From assembly GCA_001001485.1 (NCBI GenBank), contig LCKO01000003.1, forward strand, positions 223 to 64,222: DNA of 64,000 nucleotides. Reading direction: 5' to 3'. Within the stretch, counting starts at the first letter, position 1, and each line of letters opens with the position of its first letter. A model generated the notes under the pieces. That model saw only the letters and a program-made list of their open reading frames with translations. It was not told the DNA's origin and did no database searches. Source of the stretch: Candidatus Collierbacteria bacterium GW2011_GWB2_45_17 (lineage in GTDB: Bacteria > Patescibacteriota > Microgenomatia > UBA1400 > MFAQ01). The position numbers were made by a program, and so were the translations under genes. This document shows positions 9,979 through 19,052 of the stretch, in pieces.

Positions 9979-11555
9979 AAAAAAACATTATTCATTTCCT
10001 TATTCTGATCACGCTAGTTTTATTCGGATTGTACAATCGTTTACTTTATTTAAAAAATGAAGAGTCTGGTCTTCTAAACCTTAATATAAGAGGAAGTTTT
10101 TCTAACATAACCGCCTCTACTTCAGGTGAATTGTTGGCTGGGGATACTGTTACTGGTATATTTCATTCAAAGTATCCAAACCTAGGAATTATCTCTATCA
10201 GATTTTTCAACATGAACCGAGACAGTAGAGATACTCTATTGTTTCGTGTAAAAGAAGAGGGTCAGAGTAAGTGGTTCTACGAGGCTCTCTACAAAACTGA
10301 TCAGTTTCAACCCCACAAGCTTTTTCCATTTGGCTTTCCGGTTATAAAAGACTCTGCAGGAAGATACTATATATTTGAAATAAAATCTCTGTATGGAGAA
10401 ACGGGGGATGGTATTTTGGTGGATTATCAAACACCAGTTTTTATGGCTAGATCTCAGTTTACCAAAAGAGAGCTCACTGATGACAACAAAACCATGCGTT
10501 ATTTTATATTCAATAAAATTATCAATATTTTCAGTGGATCAGAGGTGATCTCAAATTCTATTTTTTACTTTCTTCCTTCTTTACTGTACATTGTTTATCT
10601 TTGTACTGTCGGGATAAGCTATCAATTTTTGTCACTCTTGACAATGTCGATGGTTTTTTACGATATTTTTTATTTAAAAAAGCAAATATTTATTAACTAC
10701 ATCGCAACAATGCTTCTCTGGTTTCTAGCCTCACTTCGTTTCAAAATATCTTTTAAGGTGTCTATATTTATTTCTATCGGGATTCTTATTCTAATTCCCG
10801 CATCACTTACAATAGACAGTAATATTTATACCGAAAAAACAGCCATATGGGTGAACTTATTTTTATTGTCGGCTATTCTCCAACACATATTTGAAGTGTT
10901 ACGAAAAGACAAAGATACTTTATCCGCGAAGCAGTTCTTTAAAAATATTCTCAACATAAAGTTTGAACCTATTTTTGTAGCTCCCAAGAAAAGATCACCC
11001 GTCGCAAAATTTGTATTTTTCATCTTGTCAACAGTACTGTTAGGATTAGCGTTTTTTAACATTTTCAACAAGTTACCAATGTTTAAATCGTTCTACCCAA
11101 AACACTATGTCGTTGTATTTACAAGCCACTTGGTGCTTCCGCAGATAATTTTAATATTATCCCTGTTTGTTCTGTTTTTAGCCACAAAGAAATATTTCAA
11201 AAATGTATTCTTTGCGGGCATGGTTCTCTCGCTCATATTTTTTATCGGTTCCAGGAAGATCGTAAAAAACTCTTTGTGGTTTGAAAAATCATCCAGGATT
11301 ATTAGTGTAACACCAAGTAAAATTAGCGAAGCCTGGACAGATGTGGTTATAACAGGGAAGAATTTTAGAAACATTCCGTTCGTTGGCAAAATTCAAATTG
11401 ATGGTACTGAGCAGGGTCAATATATGGTTTATTGGTCAGATGAAAAAATTGTCTTCAGAACAAGTCCTGATTTAACACGTTCGGGTGATGTTCAGGTTAT
11501 TCCGCTAAACAGAACCCCCTCGAATAAAGTGCCGTTTGTCTATTCCTACAAATAG
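9975..11555 (+). CDS. Membrane protein with C-terminal IPT/TIG-like beta domain
   Basis: N-terminal TM, soluble domain, multi-TM core, then C-terminal ...VVITGKNFRNIPFVGKIQIDGTEQGQYMVYWSDEKIVFRTSPDLTRSGDVQVIP..., which resembles an IPT/TIG fold. Confidence 0.3.
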   Translation: MKKNIIHFLILITLVLFGLYNRLLYLKNEESGLLNLNIRGSFSNITASTSGELLAGDTVTGIFHSKYPNLGIISIRFFNMNRDSRDTLLFRVKEEGQSKWFYEALYKTDQFQPHKLFPFGFPVIKDSAGRYYIFEIKSLYGETGDGILVDYQTPVFMARSQFTKRELTDDNKTMRYFIFNKIINIFSGSEVISNSIFYFLPSLLYIVYLCTVGISYQFLSLLTMSMVFYDIFYLKKQIFINYIATMLLWFLASLRFKISFKVSIFISIGILILIPASLTIDSNIYTEKTAIWVNLFLLSAILQHIFEVLRKDKDTLSAKQFFKNILNIKFEPIFVAPKKRSPVAKFVFFILSTVLLGLAFFNIFNKLPMFKSFYPKHYVVVFTSHLVLPQIILILSLFVLFLATKKYFKNVFFAGMVLSLIFFIGSRKIVKNSLWFEKSSRIISVTPSKISEAWTDVVITGKNFRNIPFVGKIQIDGTEQGQYMVYWSDEKIVFRTSPDLTRSGDVQVIPLNRTPSNKVPFVYSYK

Positions 11556-11569
11556 ACTAAAATATATCT

Positions 11570-13060
11570 GTGGCTTGGATAAAAAAAAATATTTGGGGAA
11601 TAATACTTGTTTTTTGCATGGTTCTAGTCGGTCTGATTTTCCGCCTTAGGGGTATCAGCACAGATCACTCCTTCTGGTCTGACGAGGCGTATATCTCCGG
11701 CATCAGTAAGGATATCTTTGCCGGCAAGGTTTCTTTTATCGATGGCTTAATGGGTCTACGTTATCAGCTTTTTCAAGTGCTAACTCTTTTAGGATCCTTC
11801 CAGCTTTTCGGAGTTACCGAGTGGGCCGCTAGGCTTCCAGGTGTTATCTGGGGAACTCTAGGAATCCTGGGCACATTTCTCGTTACCAAAAAATATTCAA
11901 ACCACTGGGGGGGAATTTTAGCAGCATTCTTATCTGCTTTTTTACAGATAAATCTAGCAAACTCTACTCAGGCTAAACCCTATACTGCCATTCAGACTCT
12001 TTTTCTTTTTACTATTTTCGGCTGCAATCTGATATCCGAAAAAAATAAGTCGAAAAACACATGGATATATCACACTCTAATTCTATTTGGAGCAGTTATG
12101 GCTGCTCTGTACCACACCCTGGGTATCATCTGCTTGGTCTATTATCTTGTATATCAGCTTCCGAGTCTATATAGACTGTCCTCTAGGATTCCTAAAATAT
12201 TTTTGTACCCAGCCATAGTAATTGTGGCATTGGGTGTGTTTTATTTTCTTCAGATCGACATCATTATTTCACTTTTCTTCAGACCGCTACTAAATAATTT
12301 CACTTATTTTAGAGAGCTTCTCTGGAGGCAGTACGGATTTCTTACCCTGCCTTCATTATTTGGACTTCTGCTCATTCAAGATCGAAAAGCCAGGATTGGA
12401 TTGGGCCTTTCACTTCTACCCATTCTATTCATGTGGATTTTTCTCCAAGAAAGCAAAAATATTCGGTACCTACTCCCTCTCTTTGCGCTGATACCGGTTG
12501 GTTTTGGAATTTTTTGGGCTAGAGTGGGGGAGAGTCTTTACAAAAATTCCGCTCTGGTCTGTATCTCCATAATGATTCTCATTTTTGCTGGTGGATACAA
12601 AATTGTACGTAAACCAGCTGTATATTACTCACCCAATGCAGACTTCTTTGCTGATGTGCAGAACGCAGACTATAAATCATTCTATGCGCAGATTTATGAA
12701 AAATATCCGGATTTCGATAGTATTCCTTACTTCACTAATGGTTTTGATCACGGATCTTGGTATACCTCTCACATCCCGTCAGCCATTTTTATAAAGATCA
12801 ACACACCACCCGTTCAGCACGATTATTACCCCACAATGATGTATCCGAACTTAAACTACTTTTTATCTGAGCAAAAAAAATACCCTCGGGGGCTTGTCAT
12901 CGTGGAGGACTGGCAAAGTTTAATGCCCGATGATATCAAGGATTACATCAAGAAAAATTTAAAATTGGAACTTCGTGTGGAGTCCATGCCAGTCTCACCG
13001 GAAGAGAAGTGGCCACTGGAGCTTTATTCCTGGGGCTTTGACGCAAAAAAAACAAAATGA
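11570..13060 (+). CDS. GT39/PMT_2-family (ArnT/PMT-like) membrane glycosyltransferase
   Basis: N-terminal TM followed by FWSDEAYISGISKDI; the DE motif in the first periplasmic loop is typical of ArnT/PMT GT-C enzymes; about 11 TM helices. Confidence 0.6.
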   Translation: MAWIKKNIWGIILVFCMVLVGLIFRLRGISTDHSFWSDEAYISGISKDIFAGKVSFIDGLMGLRYQLFQVLTLLGSFQLFGVTEWAARLPGVIWGTLGILGTFLVTKKYSNHWGGILAAFLSAFLQINLANSTQAKPYTAIQTLFLFTIFGCNLISEKNKSKNTWIYHTLILFGAVMAALYHTLGIICLVYYLVYQLPSLYRLSSRIPKIFLYPAIVIVALGVFYFLQIDIIISLFFRPLLNNFTYFRELLWRQYGFLTLPSLFGLLLIQDRKARIGLGLSLLPILFMWIFLQESKNIRYLLPLFALIPVGFGIFWARVGESLYKNSALVCISIMILIFAGGYKIVRKPAVYYSPNADFFADVQNADYKSFYAQIYEKYPDFDSIPYFTNGFDHGSWYTSHIPSAIFIKINTPPVQHDYYPTMMYPNLNYFLSEQKKYPRGLVIVEDWQSLMPDDIKDYIKKNLKLELRVESMPVSPEEKWPLELYSWGFDAKKTK

Positions 13061-13875
13061 AAGTCTCTGTCGTTATTCCCACCTACAACCGTCCCGGACT
13101 AGCCCTTAACCTTGCCCGGCAAATAAGAAAACACGCGGCCGGTGTCGAGATCATCATTGTTGATCAAAGTGAAAAAAAAGAAGACCCCCAAAAAATAAGA
13201 GAGTCCTCCCTTAAATATATCCTGAACTCCAGAGTAAACACTTCGATTGCCAAGAATATTGGATTCAAAGAAACCACCGGGGATATCGTAATTTTCTTTG
13301 ACGATGACGTGGAGATTACCCCAACTACGATAAAAGCCCATCTGGAAGAGTACGGTGACCGCGGAGTTCTCGGAGTCGCCGGTCGGGTTATCAACGATGG
13401 AGAGCCGATTCCGTCTAAAACAAATATCGAAACTGGCAGAACCAATAAATATTTAACTGCCTTCACCGGAAATTTCTGGGGAACCAGTGAACAAACCGTT
13501 CAGTTCCCATACGGGTGCAATATGTCCTTTCGCCGAACCATCTTTGAAGAATTTGACGGCTTTGATGAGAAAATCTTACCCCCCGGTTTTGAGGAATACG
13601 ATCTTGGTTTGAGAATTACTCGTTTAGGAAAAATGGTATTCTCCCCAGAGGCACTGGTATTTCATCACAAAGCTCCCTCGGGTGGAACCAGGACAAATAA
13701 AGACATCTGGTTCAGGAACTACTATTGGAATTACGGTCGTCTTGTCAGGAAACACGTACCGCTTCCTTTTTCCATTGCCTCTCTTCTGCGCCTATCAGCG
13801 AGGATATTCAAAGAATACCCTCCGGCTATATTTTCCTTTTTCAATGGTTTTGCATCCGGATCAAGCACTGTGTAA
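13057..13875 (+). CDS. Glycosyltransferase family 2
   Basis: MKVSVVIPTYNRPGLALNLARQI ... IIIVDQS ... FFDDDV (DxD). Confidence 0.65.
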   Translation: MKVSVVIPTYNRPGLALNLARQIRKHAAGVEIIIVDQSEKKEDPQKIRESSLKYILNSRVNTSIAKNIGFKETTGDIVIFFDDDVEITPTTIKAHLEEYGDRGVLGVAGRVINDGEPIPSKTNIETGRTNKYLTAFTGNFWGTSEQTVQFPYGCNMSFRRTIFEEFDGFDEKILPPGFEEYDLGLRITRLGKMVFSPEALVFHHKAPSGGTRTNKDIWFRNYYWNYGRLVRKHVPLPFSIASLLRLSARIFKEYPPAIFSFFNGFASGSSTV

Positions 13876-13915
13876 AATTGAATGGTGAAGTCAAATCAAC
13901 GTATATCTAGAGGCT

Positions 13916-13936
13916 CTTCAAGGCCTGGCCTTGAAG
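13916..13936. repeat. REP-like palindromic element (copy 1): cttcaaggcc-t-ggccttgaag
   Basis: Perfect 10-bp inverted repeat around a central T with a GGCCTGGCC core; related copies at 15290, 17747 and 31184-31232. Confidence 0.5.
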
Positions 13937-13948
13937 GTTAATGTGACT

Positions 13949-13976
13949 TTGACATTCGGGTAATGTTAGTTATATA
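13949..13976 (+). promoter_or_regulatory. Sigma70-like promoter (TTGACA-16-TATATA) for the RhuM gene; near-leaderless
   Basis: TTGACA at 13949-13954, TATATA at 13971-13976; the predicted transcription start lies only a few nt before the ATG at 13989. Confidence 0.4.
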
Positions 13977-13982
13977 CTAAAT

Positions 13983-14999
13983 TTGGAAATGGCAAAAATA
14001 CCTGACAACCAAATCTCTTTTTATCAGTCTGTGGACGGCTCAATAAATATCGAGGTCATGTTTGCGGAAGAAAATGTCTGGCTAACTCAGAAAAAAATGG
14101 CCGAGCTTTTTGGGGTCGATAGGAGCGTTGTTACCAAGCATTTGCAAAACATTTATGAAGAGGGTGAGCTAGATGAAGAATCAACCTGTGCAAAAAATGC
14201 ACAAGTTCAAACTGAGGGAGCGCGGGACGTTAAGCGAAGCACAAAAATGTATTCCTTGGAAGCTATTATCGCCGTTGGTTATCGTGTAAATTCTGAACGT
14301 GGGACCGAGTTTCGTCAGTGGGCAACTGGGATTTTGAAGAGTTATATTCACAAAGGATACGCTCTAGATATTAATCGCATGAAATACGGATCTCGTTTCA
14401 GCGCAAGATATTTTGACGAACTATACGAGGAAATTAAGGATATTCGCACCAGCGAACGGATGATTTACCAGAAAATAACTGATATTTATGCGACAGCCCT
14501 AGATTACTCCCCCAAGGCATTTGAGAGCAAACAATTCTTCGCCACCGTACAAAACAGGCTTCACTTCGCCATTACCGGAAAAACCGCAGCTGAAATTATC
14601 GTAGGCAGGGTTAATAGTAAAAAAGATAAACTGGGGCTGACATCATGGAGACGCTCTCCAGAAGGAAAAATAATGCCGAGTGATACCGTAATAGCCAAAA
14701 ACTATCTTGATAAAAGAGAATTGGGACATCTGAATATGATCGGAAACATGTACTTGGATTATGCTGAGATTCAAGCAGCCCGTGGGAAAGCCATGACCAT
14801 GCAAGACTGGGCAGAGAAGCTTAATGCTTTTCTAAAGTTTAGTGAATACGAAATTTTGACAAACGCCGGTAAAATTAGTCATGAAGTTGCTGAAGAGCTT
14901 GCTCTTAAAGAATATGAAAAGTTCAGAGTCGAGCAGGATAAAAACTATATTTCTGACTTTGACCTGATTGTCAAAAAACTTCTTCCAAAATCTAAATAA
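13983..14999 (+). CDS. Virulence protein RhuM-family protein
   Basis: ISFYQSVDGSINIEVMFAEENVWLTQKKMAELFGVDRSVVTKHLQNIYEEGELDEES is the conserved RhuM N-terminus. The track start at 13983 is TTG; ATG at 13989 (MAKIPDN) is the more likely start. Confidence 0.8.
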   Translation: MEMAKIPDNQISFYQSVDGSINIEVMFAEENVWLTQKKMAELFGVDRSVVTKHLQNIYEEGELDEESTCAKNAQVQTEGARDVKRSTKMYSLEAIIAVGYRVNSERGTEFRQWATGILKSYIHKGYALDINRMKYGSRFSARYFDELYEEIKDIRTSERMIYQKITDIYATALDYSPKAFESKQFFATVQNRLHFAITGKTAAEIIVGRVNSKKDKLGLTSWRRSPEGKIMPSDTVIAKNYLDKRELGHLNMIGNMYLDYAEIQAARGKAMTMQDWAEKLNAFLKFSEYEILTNAGKISHEVAEELALKEYEKFRVEQDKNYISDFDLIVKKLLPKSK

Positions 15000-15062
15000 A
15001 GGTAGGGTGTTCAGGGATGGATCTCCCTCATCAGATCGGGACTTACAGCCCACTTCGCGAGG

Positions 15063-15338
15063 ATGACAATATGGCATAATCAATTTGTGAGGATAAAACC
15101 TGCAAACTCTCTCAAAATATTTCTTTTTGCCTTTTTCGTCACTACTTACGTACTCCTTTTATCTTTTTATGTTTCACACCGGGACCAAACGTACACGGCC
15201 GTCAGTCCGGTTACTCTGGCCGAGCCGGCTAAATCGACCGAGAAAGTGATCAGGGTCATCGATGGAGACACTTTTGAAATAGAATGTGTCCTGCAGGGCC
15301 TGGCCCTGCAGGTGAAATACTCAAGATTCTATGGCTAA
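15063..15338 (+). pseudogene. Truncated duplicate of the thermonuclease 5' region, interrupted by a REP-like element
   Basis: Nucleotide and protein similarity to 17804-18030 (…NSLKIFLFAFFVTTYVLLL…TEKVIRVIDGDTFEIE vs …NFLKIFFFAFFIGTYLYFL…TEKVSRVVDGDTLEIE). The reading frame then enters the palindrome cctgcagggcc-t-ggccctgcagg and ends. Confidence 0.6.
15290..15312. repeat. REP-like palindromic element (copy 2): cctgcagggcc-t-ggccctgcagg
   Basis: Perfect 11-bp inverted repeat, same GGCCTGGCC core family; located exactly where the nuclease duplicate diverges from the intact gene. Confidence 0.5.
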
Positions 15339-15466
15339 TCTTACAAACAAATTCAGCTGGATCGGACAGTTCTCATAGTTTTACCAATGATTTATTGATA
15401 TCTTTGCAAGGAATGAAAAAGGAACGTGTAAGGAATCCTTACATGTTCAAAAAGAAGAGATGCGGA

Positions 15467-16333
15467 CTAAAGTTCCACGGGTGACTTGCCCTTGAGTTTT
15501 TTGTGCGGAAAGTGATTCCATATGTCACCAAAAAGCTGGTAATGTTTGAATAAGACCTTCTCCGGTATCCCCATTTTGATTAGGTCGGTATAAAAATCGG
15601 CTTCGTTATGATTGTAGTTTTCAACAAAAACAAAATGGACGACATCATCGAAGGTGGGGGTGAATCCATGACGACTCGCCAAGAGTGAGTATCGTTTTTG
15701 GATCTTCTGGCGAGATATTTCCAGCTCTTGAGGGTTTTGGGGCAGATCCTCAAAGGGATCTTTTTCTTTCCTCTTGGTCATCAGTAAGTCGAGGGCCATC
15801 TTGGCGGTAAATTCAGCCCCCCCATTTTCTTTCAAAAAGATTTTTCTTGCTCTCGGAGTGTTGGTGATCGGAAAAAACGAAGGATTGCCCCCAACAAATA
15901 TCCGTCTACCATCCACTATTGCCGTCCTATTCCAGAAACTTCCCTTCCCGGGAAAGTTCGAGGAGAGGGCTTTGTCAAAAACCTTATAGGTATCCCCGTT
16001 GTACAAGCCGTAGACGGTGACATATTGTCCACGTTTACTTTCGATTTCAAACATCTGGAAAGTTTGGGTCTTAATTATTTGTTCCAGTTCGGCTAGTTGG
16101 TCCGCCGGTAGCGCGTCCGGGTTCTTGAGGTAGTACTCCGTTACCCAGTTTCTCGACTCCTTTACCTTGAAGTCGAAGATAAGCCATTCATTGAATAATG
16201 AAGAAATCTGTTCAAAATTGGGCGAACTTTGATCAACGTGCCGCTCGCCAAAAAACTCAGCCACCGCCCGTTTCATTAAACGCTGATCGCGATTGGCATA
16301 AATGACAACTTTACCCAGCCTTATCTTGAGCAT
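15467..16333 (-). CDS. Hypothetical protein (288 aa), no recognised domain
   Basis: Long uninterrupted ORF; divergently oriented from the DUF4143 ATPase; no motif identified by eye. Confidence 0.5.
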   Translation of the reverse strand: MLKIRLGKVVIYANRDQRLMKRAVAEFFGERHVDQSSPNFEQISSLFNEWLIFDFKVKESRNWVTEYYLKNPDALPADQLAELEQIIKTQTFQMFEIESKRGQYVTVYGLYNGDTYKVFDKALSSNFPGKGSFWNRTAIVDGRRIFVGGNPSFFPITNTPRARKIFLKENGGAEFTAKMALDLLMTKRKEKDPFEDLPQNPQELEISRQKIQKRYSLLASRHGFTPTFDDVVHFVFVENYNHNEADFYTDLIKMGIPEKVLFKHYQLFGDIWNHFPHKKLKGKSPVEL

Positions 16334-17735
16334 AATCTATAATTATAGTCCACGCAAGACTGGGGTTGGTGAATTTCATTACTCTTCACCCACAATGAAG
16401 ACTAATGTCGAGATGTCTTCGTTGTCAGTGAAGACTACTTATGGTATGATATATGTACATATGCTACAAAATGTAGACCTCAAAACCGTTCTGGCAGAAC
16501 AACAAAAATTCTTTGAGAAGAAGTCTTTGGGAGTAGAGAGAGATCAACTTACCAAGATTTCAAAACTGGTTAAGGCTCCTTTTGCTGTGGTAATCACTGG
16601 ATTAAGAAGGTGTGGAAAATCTACCTTGCTAGCGCAAATCGAAAATAAATATCACAAAGGAAGGGGGTTCTTTGTCAATTTTGAGGACGAAAGGCTCACG
16701 GGCTTTGAGTCAGAAGATTTCAACAATCTTCATTCTGATCTTGCTGAACTTTTTGGAGAAAAAAAAGTATTTTTTTTAGATGAAATCCAAAATGTTTCGG
16801 GATGGGAAAGGTGGGTTAGAAGAATGATTGACGACGGATACAAAATTTATATTACAGGTTCGAACGCTTCACTGCTTAGCCAAGAGTTGGGATCAAGGCT
16901 CACGGGCAGGCACGTAACCGTTGAAATATTTCCCTTCTCTTTCAAAGAGTATCTAATGATGATAAAAAGAAAATATAAAATAGGCAAACAAGCGACCACT
17001 CTAATAACAGCCAGGCACCGGAGCTGGCTGAAGCTATTTTTGTTATCTGGAGGAATTCCAGATGCTGTTTCACAACCATCAATTCAGTGGCTTAAAATTT
17101 TGTACGACGACGTGATGTATCGAGATATTGCCGCTAGATATAAAATCGAATCTCTCAGTAGTTTGAAGGCTTTAGGGTATTATCTCATGTCGAATATAGC
17201 TGAGCTGACTTCATATAATAAGCTGAAACAGCTACTTTTCGTTTCAAGCCAAAACACTGTCAAGGACTATGTAACTTATATGAATAATGCCTATCTAATT
17301 TTTCCTCTCAGCGTATTTTCATACTCGGTCAAGAGACAGTTGATCGCACCCAAAAAGATATATGCTGTCGACACTGGTCTGGCCAGAAGTGTTTCTCAGT
17401 CAACCCTGGAAAACACCGGCGAGCTGTTGGAAAACGCGGTTTTTCTGGAACTAAAAAGACGGTACGGGAATAACGTATATTACTACAAGTCCGAAGCTAA
17501 TCTTGAAGTTGATTTTTATATACCATCCGCAAAACTGTTGATTCAAGTTTGCGAAAAACTAGATTCACCAGACACCATTGGTCGAGAGGTCAAGGGCTTA
17601 AATTCGGCCATCGCAGAGACACCCAGGGGGACAAGAGGGATAATACTGTCCTCTTCGTTTGTGGCGTCTAATATGTCTGAATATCCGACATTCCAAGTTG
17701 CCGACTGGTTGTACGACTCCAAGAATATGGCATAA
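16302..17735 (+). CDS. AAA (AAA_14) + DUF4143 family ATPase
   Basis: Walker A GLRRCGKSTLLAQI, Walker B VFFLDEIQNV, then ...KIYITGSNAS... and the C-terminal region typical of DUF4143 ATPases. The true start is probably an internal ATG at about 16446 or 16461; the track start overlaps the divergent gene. Confidence 0.75.
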   Translation: MTTLPSLILSIIYNYSPRKTGVGEFHYSSPTMKTNVEMSSLSVKTTYGMIYVHMLQNVDLKTVLAEQQKFFEKKSLGVERDQLTKISKLVKAPFAVVITGLRRCGKSTLLAQIENKYHKGRGFFVNFEDERLTGFESEDFNNLHSDLAELFGEKKVFFLDEIQNVSGWERWVRRMIDDGYKIYITGSNASLLSQELGSRLTGRHVTVEIFPFSFKEYLMMIKRKYKIGKQATTLITARHRSWLKLFLLSGGIPDAVSQPSIQWLKILYDDVMYRDIAARYKIESLSSLKALGYYLMSNIAELTSYNKLKQLLFVSSQNTVKDYVTYMNNAYLIFPLSVFSYSVKRQLIAPKKIYAVDTGLARSVSQSTLENTGELLENAVFLELKRRYGNNVYYYKSEANLEVDFYIPSAKLLIQVCEKLDSPDTIGREVKGLNSAIAETPRGTRGIILSSSFVASNMSEYPTFQVADWLYDSKNMA

Positions 17736-17746
17736 AATAAAAGGGT

Positions 17747-17770
17747 CTTGCAAAGCCTGGCCTTGAAGGC
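17747..17770. repeat. REP-like palindromic element (copy 3, imperfect): cttgcaaagcc-t-ggccttgaagg
   Basis: Shares the ggccttgaagg arm with copy 1. It lies in an about 75-bp stretch present here but absent from the paralogous segment at 15069-15095. Confidence 0.45.
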
Positions 17771-17803
17771 TAAGGCCATTCGTGTCTGTGTCATAATTGA
17801 TCT

Positions 17804-18349
17804 GTGGCAGACAAACCTGCAAATTTTCTCAAAATATTTTTCTTTGCCTTTTTCATTGGGACCTATCTCTATTTTCTAGGATTTTACCTTACTCGTTCCA
17901 GCCCTTCTTTCGCACCAGCCACTAGCAACTTCGCACAAATCACCGACACCGTCGCCACGTCTACCGAGAAAGTTTCCCGCGTCGTCGATGGCGACACTTT
18001 AGAGATCGAGGGAGGGGTCAAAGTCCGTCTCATCGGTATCGATACTCCGGAGATGAAAAATAAAAATAAAACCATCGACTGTTTTGCCGCTGAAGCCAAG
18101 AAGAAGGCGGAAGGTCTTCTGATGAACAAAGATGTCGTCCTGGAGAAAGACGTTTCGGAAACAGACAGATATGGAAGACTTCTTCGTTATGTCTATCTGG
18201 ATGGTGAAATGATCAACGATAAGTTGGTAAAGGAAGGCTACGCCAAGATGGCCACTTTTCCCCCGGATGTTAAAAACGCCAAAGTTTTCCTCGCCAGTGA
18301 GAAATTTGCTCGAGAAAACCAATCCGGCCTCTGGCAGGCGTGTAAATAG
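17804..18349 (+). CDS. Thermonuclease (SNase/staphylococcal-nuclease-like), N-terminal membrane anchor or signal
   Basis: Hydrophobic N-terminus; RVVDGDTLEIEGGVKVRLIGIDTPE and RYGRLLRYVYLDGEMINDKLVKEGYA are SNase-fold signatures; GC content higher than neighbouring genes. Confidence 0.8.
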   Translation: MADKPANFLKIFFFAFFIGTYLYFLGFYLTRSSPSFAPATSNFAQITDTVATSTEKVSRVVDGDTLEIEGGVKVRLIGIDTPEMKNKNKTIDCFAAEAKKKAEGLLMNKDVVLEKDVSETDRYGRLLRYVYLDGEMINDKLVKEGYAKMATFPPDVKNAKVFLASEKFARENQSGLWQACK

Positions 18350-18434
18350 GCAATGCGGTAAATTTGACCAGAGGAGTAATTAATGATATATTCAATGTAG
18401 TTCCTAAAAAGCGGAACAAAATTGATTACAACCC

Positions 18435-19052
18435 ATGAAATACTTAGATTTAAAGGAAAACCTTAGAGATTTTGTCTCTTTCTCGGTTTCTGACATCCTC
18501 AAGATAGATGCGAAATTTTATGCTCAAAGGCTCAGCGAATGGCAGAGAAAGGGCTATATCAAGAAAATAACCAAGGGGTATTACACTTTCTCGGACACCA
18601 AGATAAACGAATCGGTACTTTCTATAATTGCCAACCGACTGTACTCGCCATCATATATCTCTTTAGAGATGGCCCTTTCCTTTTATGGAATCATACCTGA
18701 AAGTGTCTACACCATCACCTCAATCACCTCAAGAAGAACCAGAAATATAAAAACAGAAATTGGACAGTTTTCCTATACTAGTGTCAGGCCAGACTTATTT
18801 TTTGGATACAGACTTGAGCCTCATAAGCAGCACAACTTTATGATAGCCGAACCGGAAAAGGCTATCCTCGATTTTTTCTATAACAATCCTGGAATAGATA
18901 ACCAAAACAGTTTCTACGAACTGAGGATTAACAAAGATTCCTTTTCAGAAAAAGTAGATGTTAAGAAATTAAATGGTTATTTGAAATTATATAAAAACCA
19001 AGCTCTGGAACAAAGGATTAAGAAATTTATTGAATTTATCACCCATGCTTAA
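18435..19052 (+). CDS. AbiEi-like antitoxin/transcriptional regulator (type IV TA)
   Basis: Small wHTH-type protein immediately upstream of, and overlapping by 23 nt, an AbiEii-family nucleotidyltransferase; similar to AbiEi_4 family members. Confidence 0.6.
   Translation: MKYLDLKENLRDFVSFSVSDILKIDAKFYAQRLSEWQRKGYIKKITKGYYTFSDTKINESVLSIIANRLYSPSYISLEMALSFYGIIPESVYTITSITSRRTRNIKTEIGQFSYTSVRPDLFFGYRLEPHKQHNFMIAEPEKAILDFFYNNPGIDNQNSFYELRINKDSFSEKVDVKKLNGYLKLYKNQALEQRIKKFIEFITHA

Noticed and set aside
15000-15062. Possible tRNA or tmRNA fragment serving as an island attachment site (ggatctccctcatcagatcgggactt)
   Set aside because: No acceptor stem, anticodon arm or T-arm arrangement could be built, and no GGTTCGA-type T-loop is present. 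The segment is better explained as the start of the duplicated nuclease leader.
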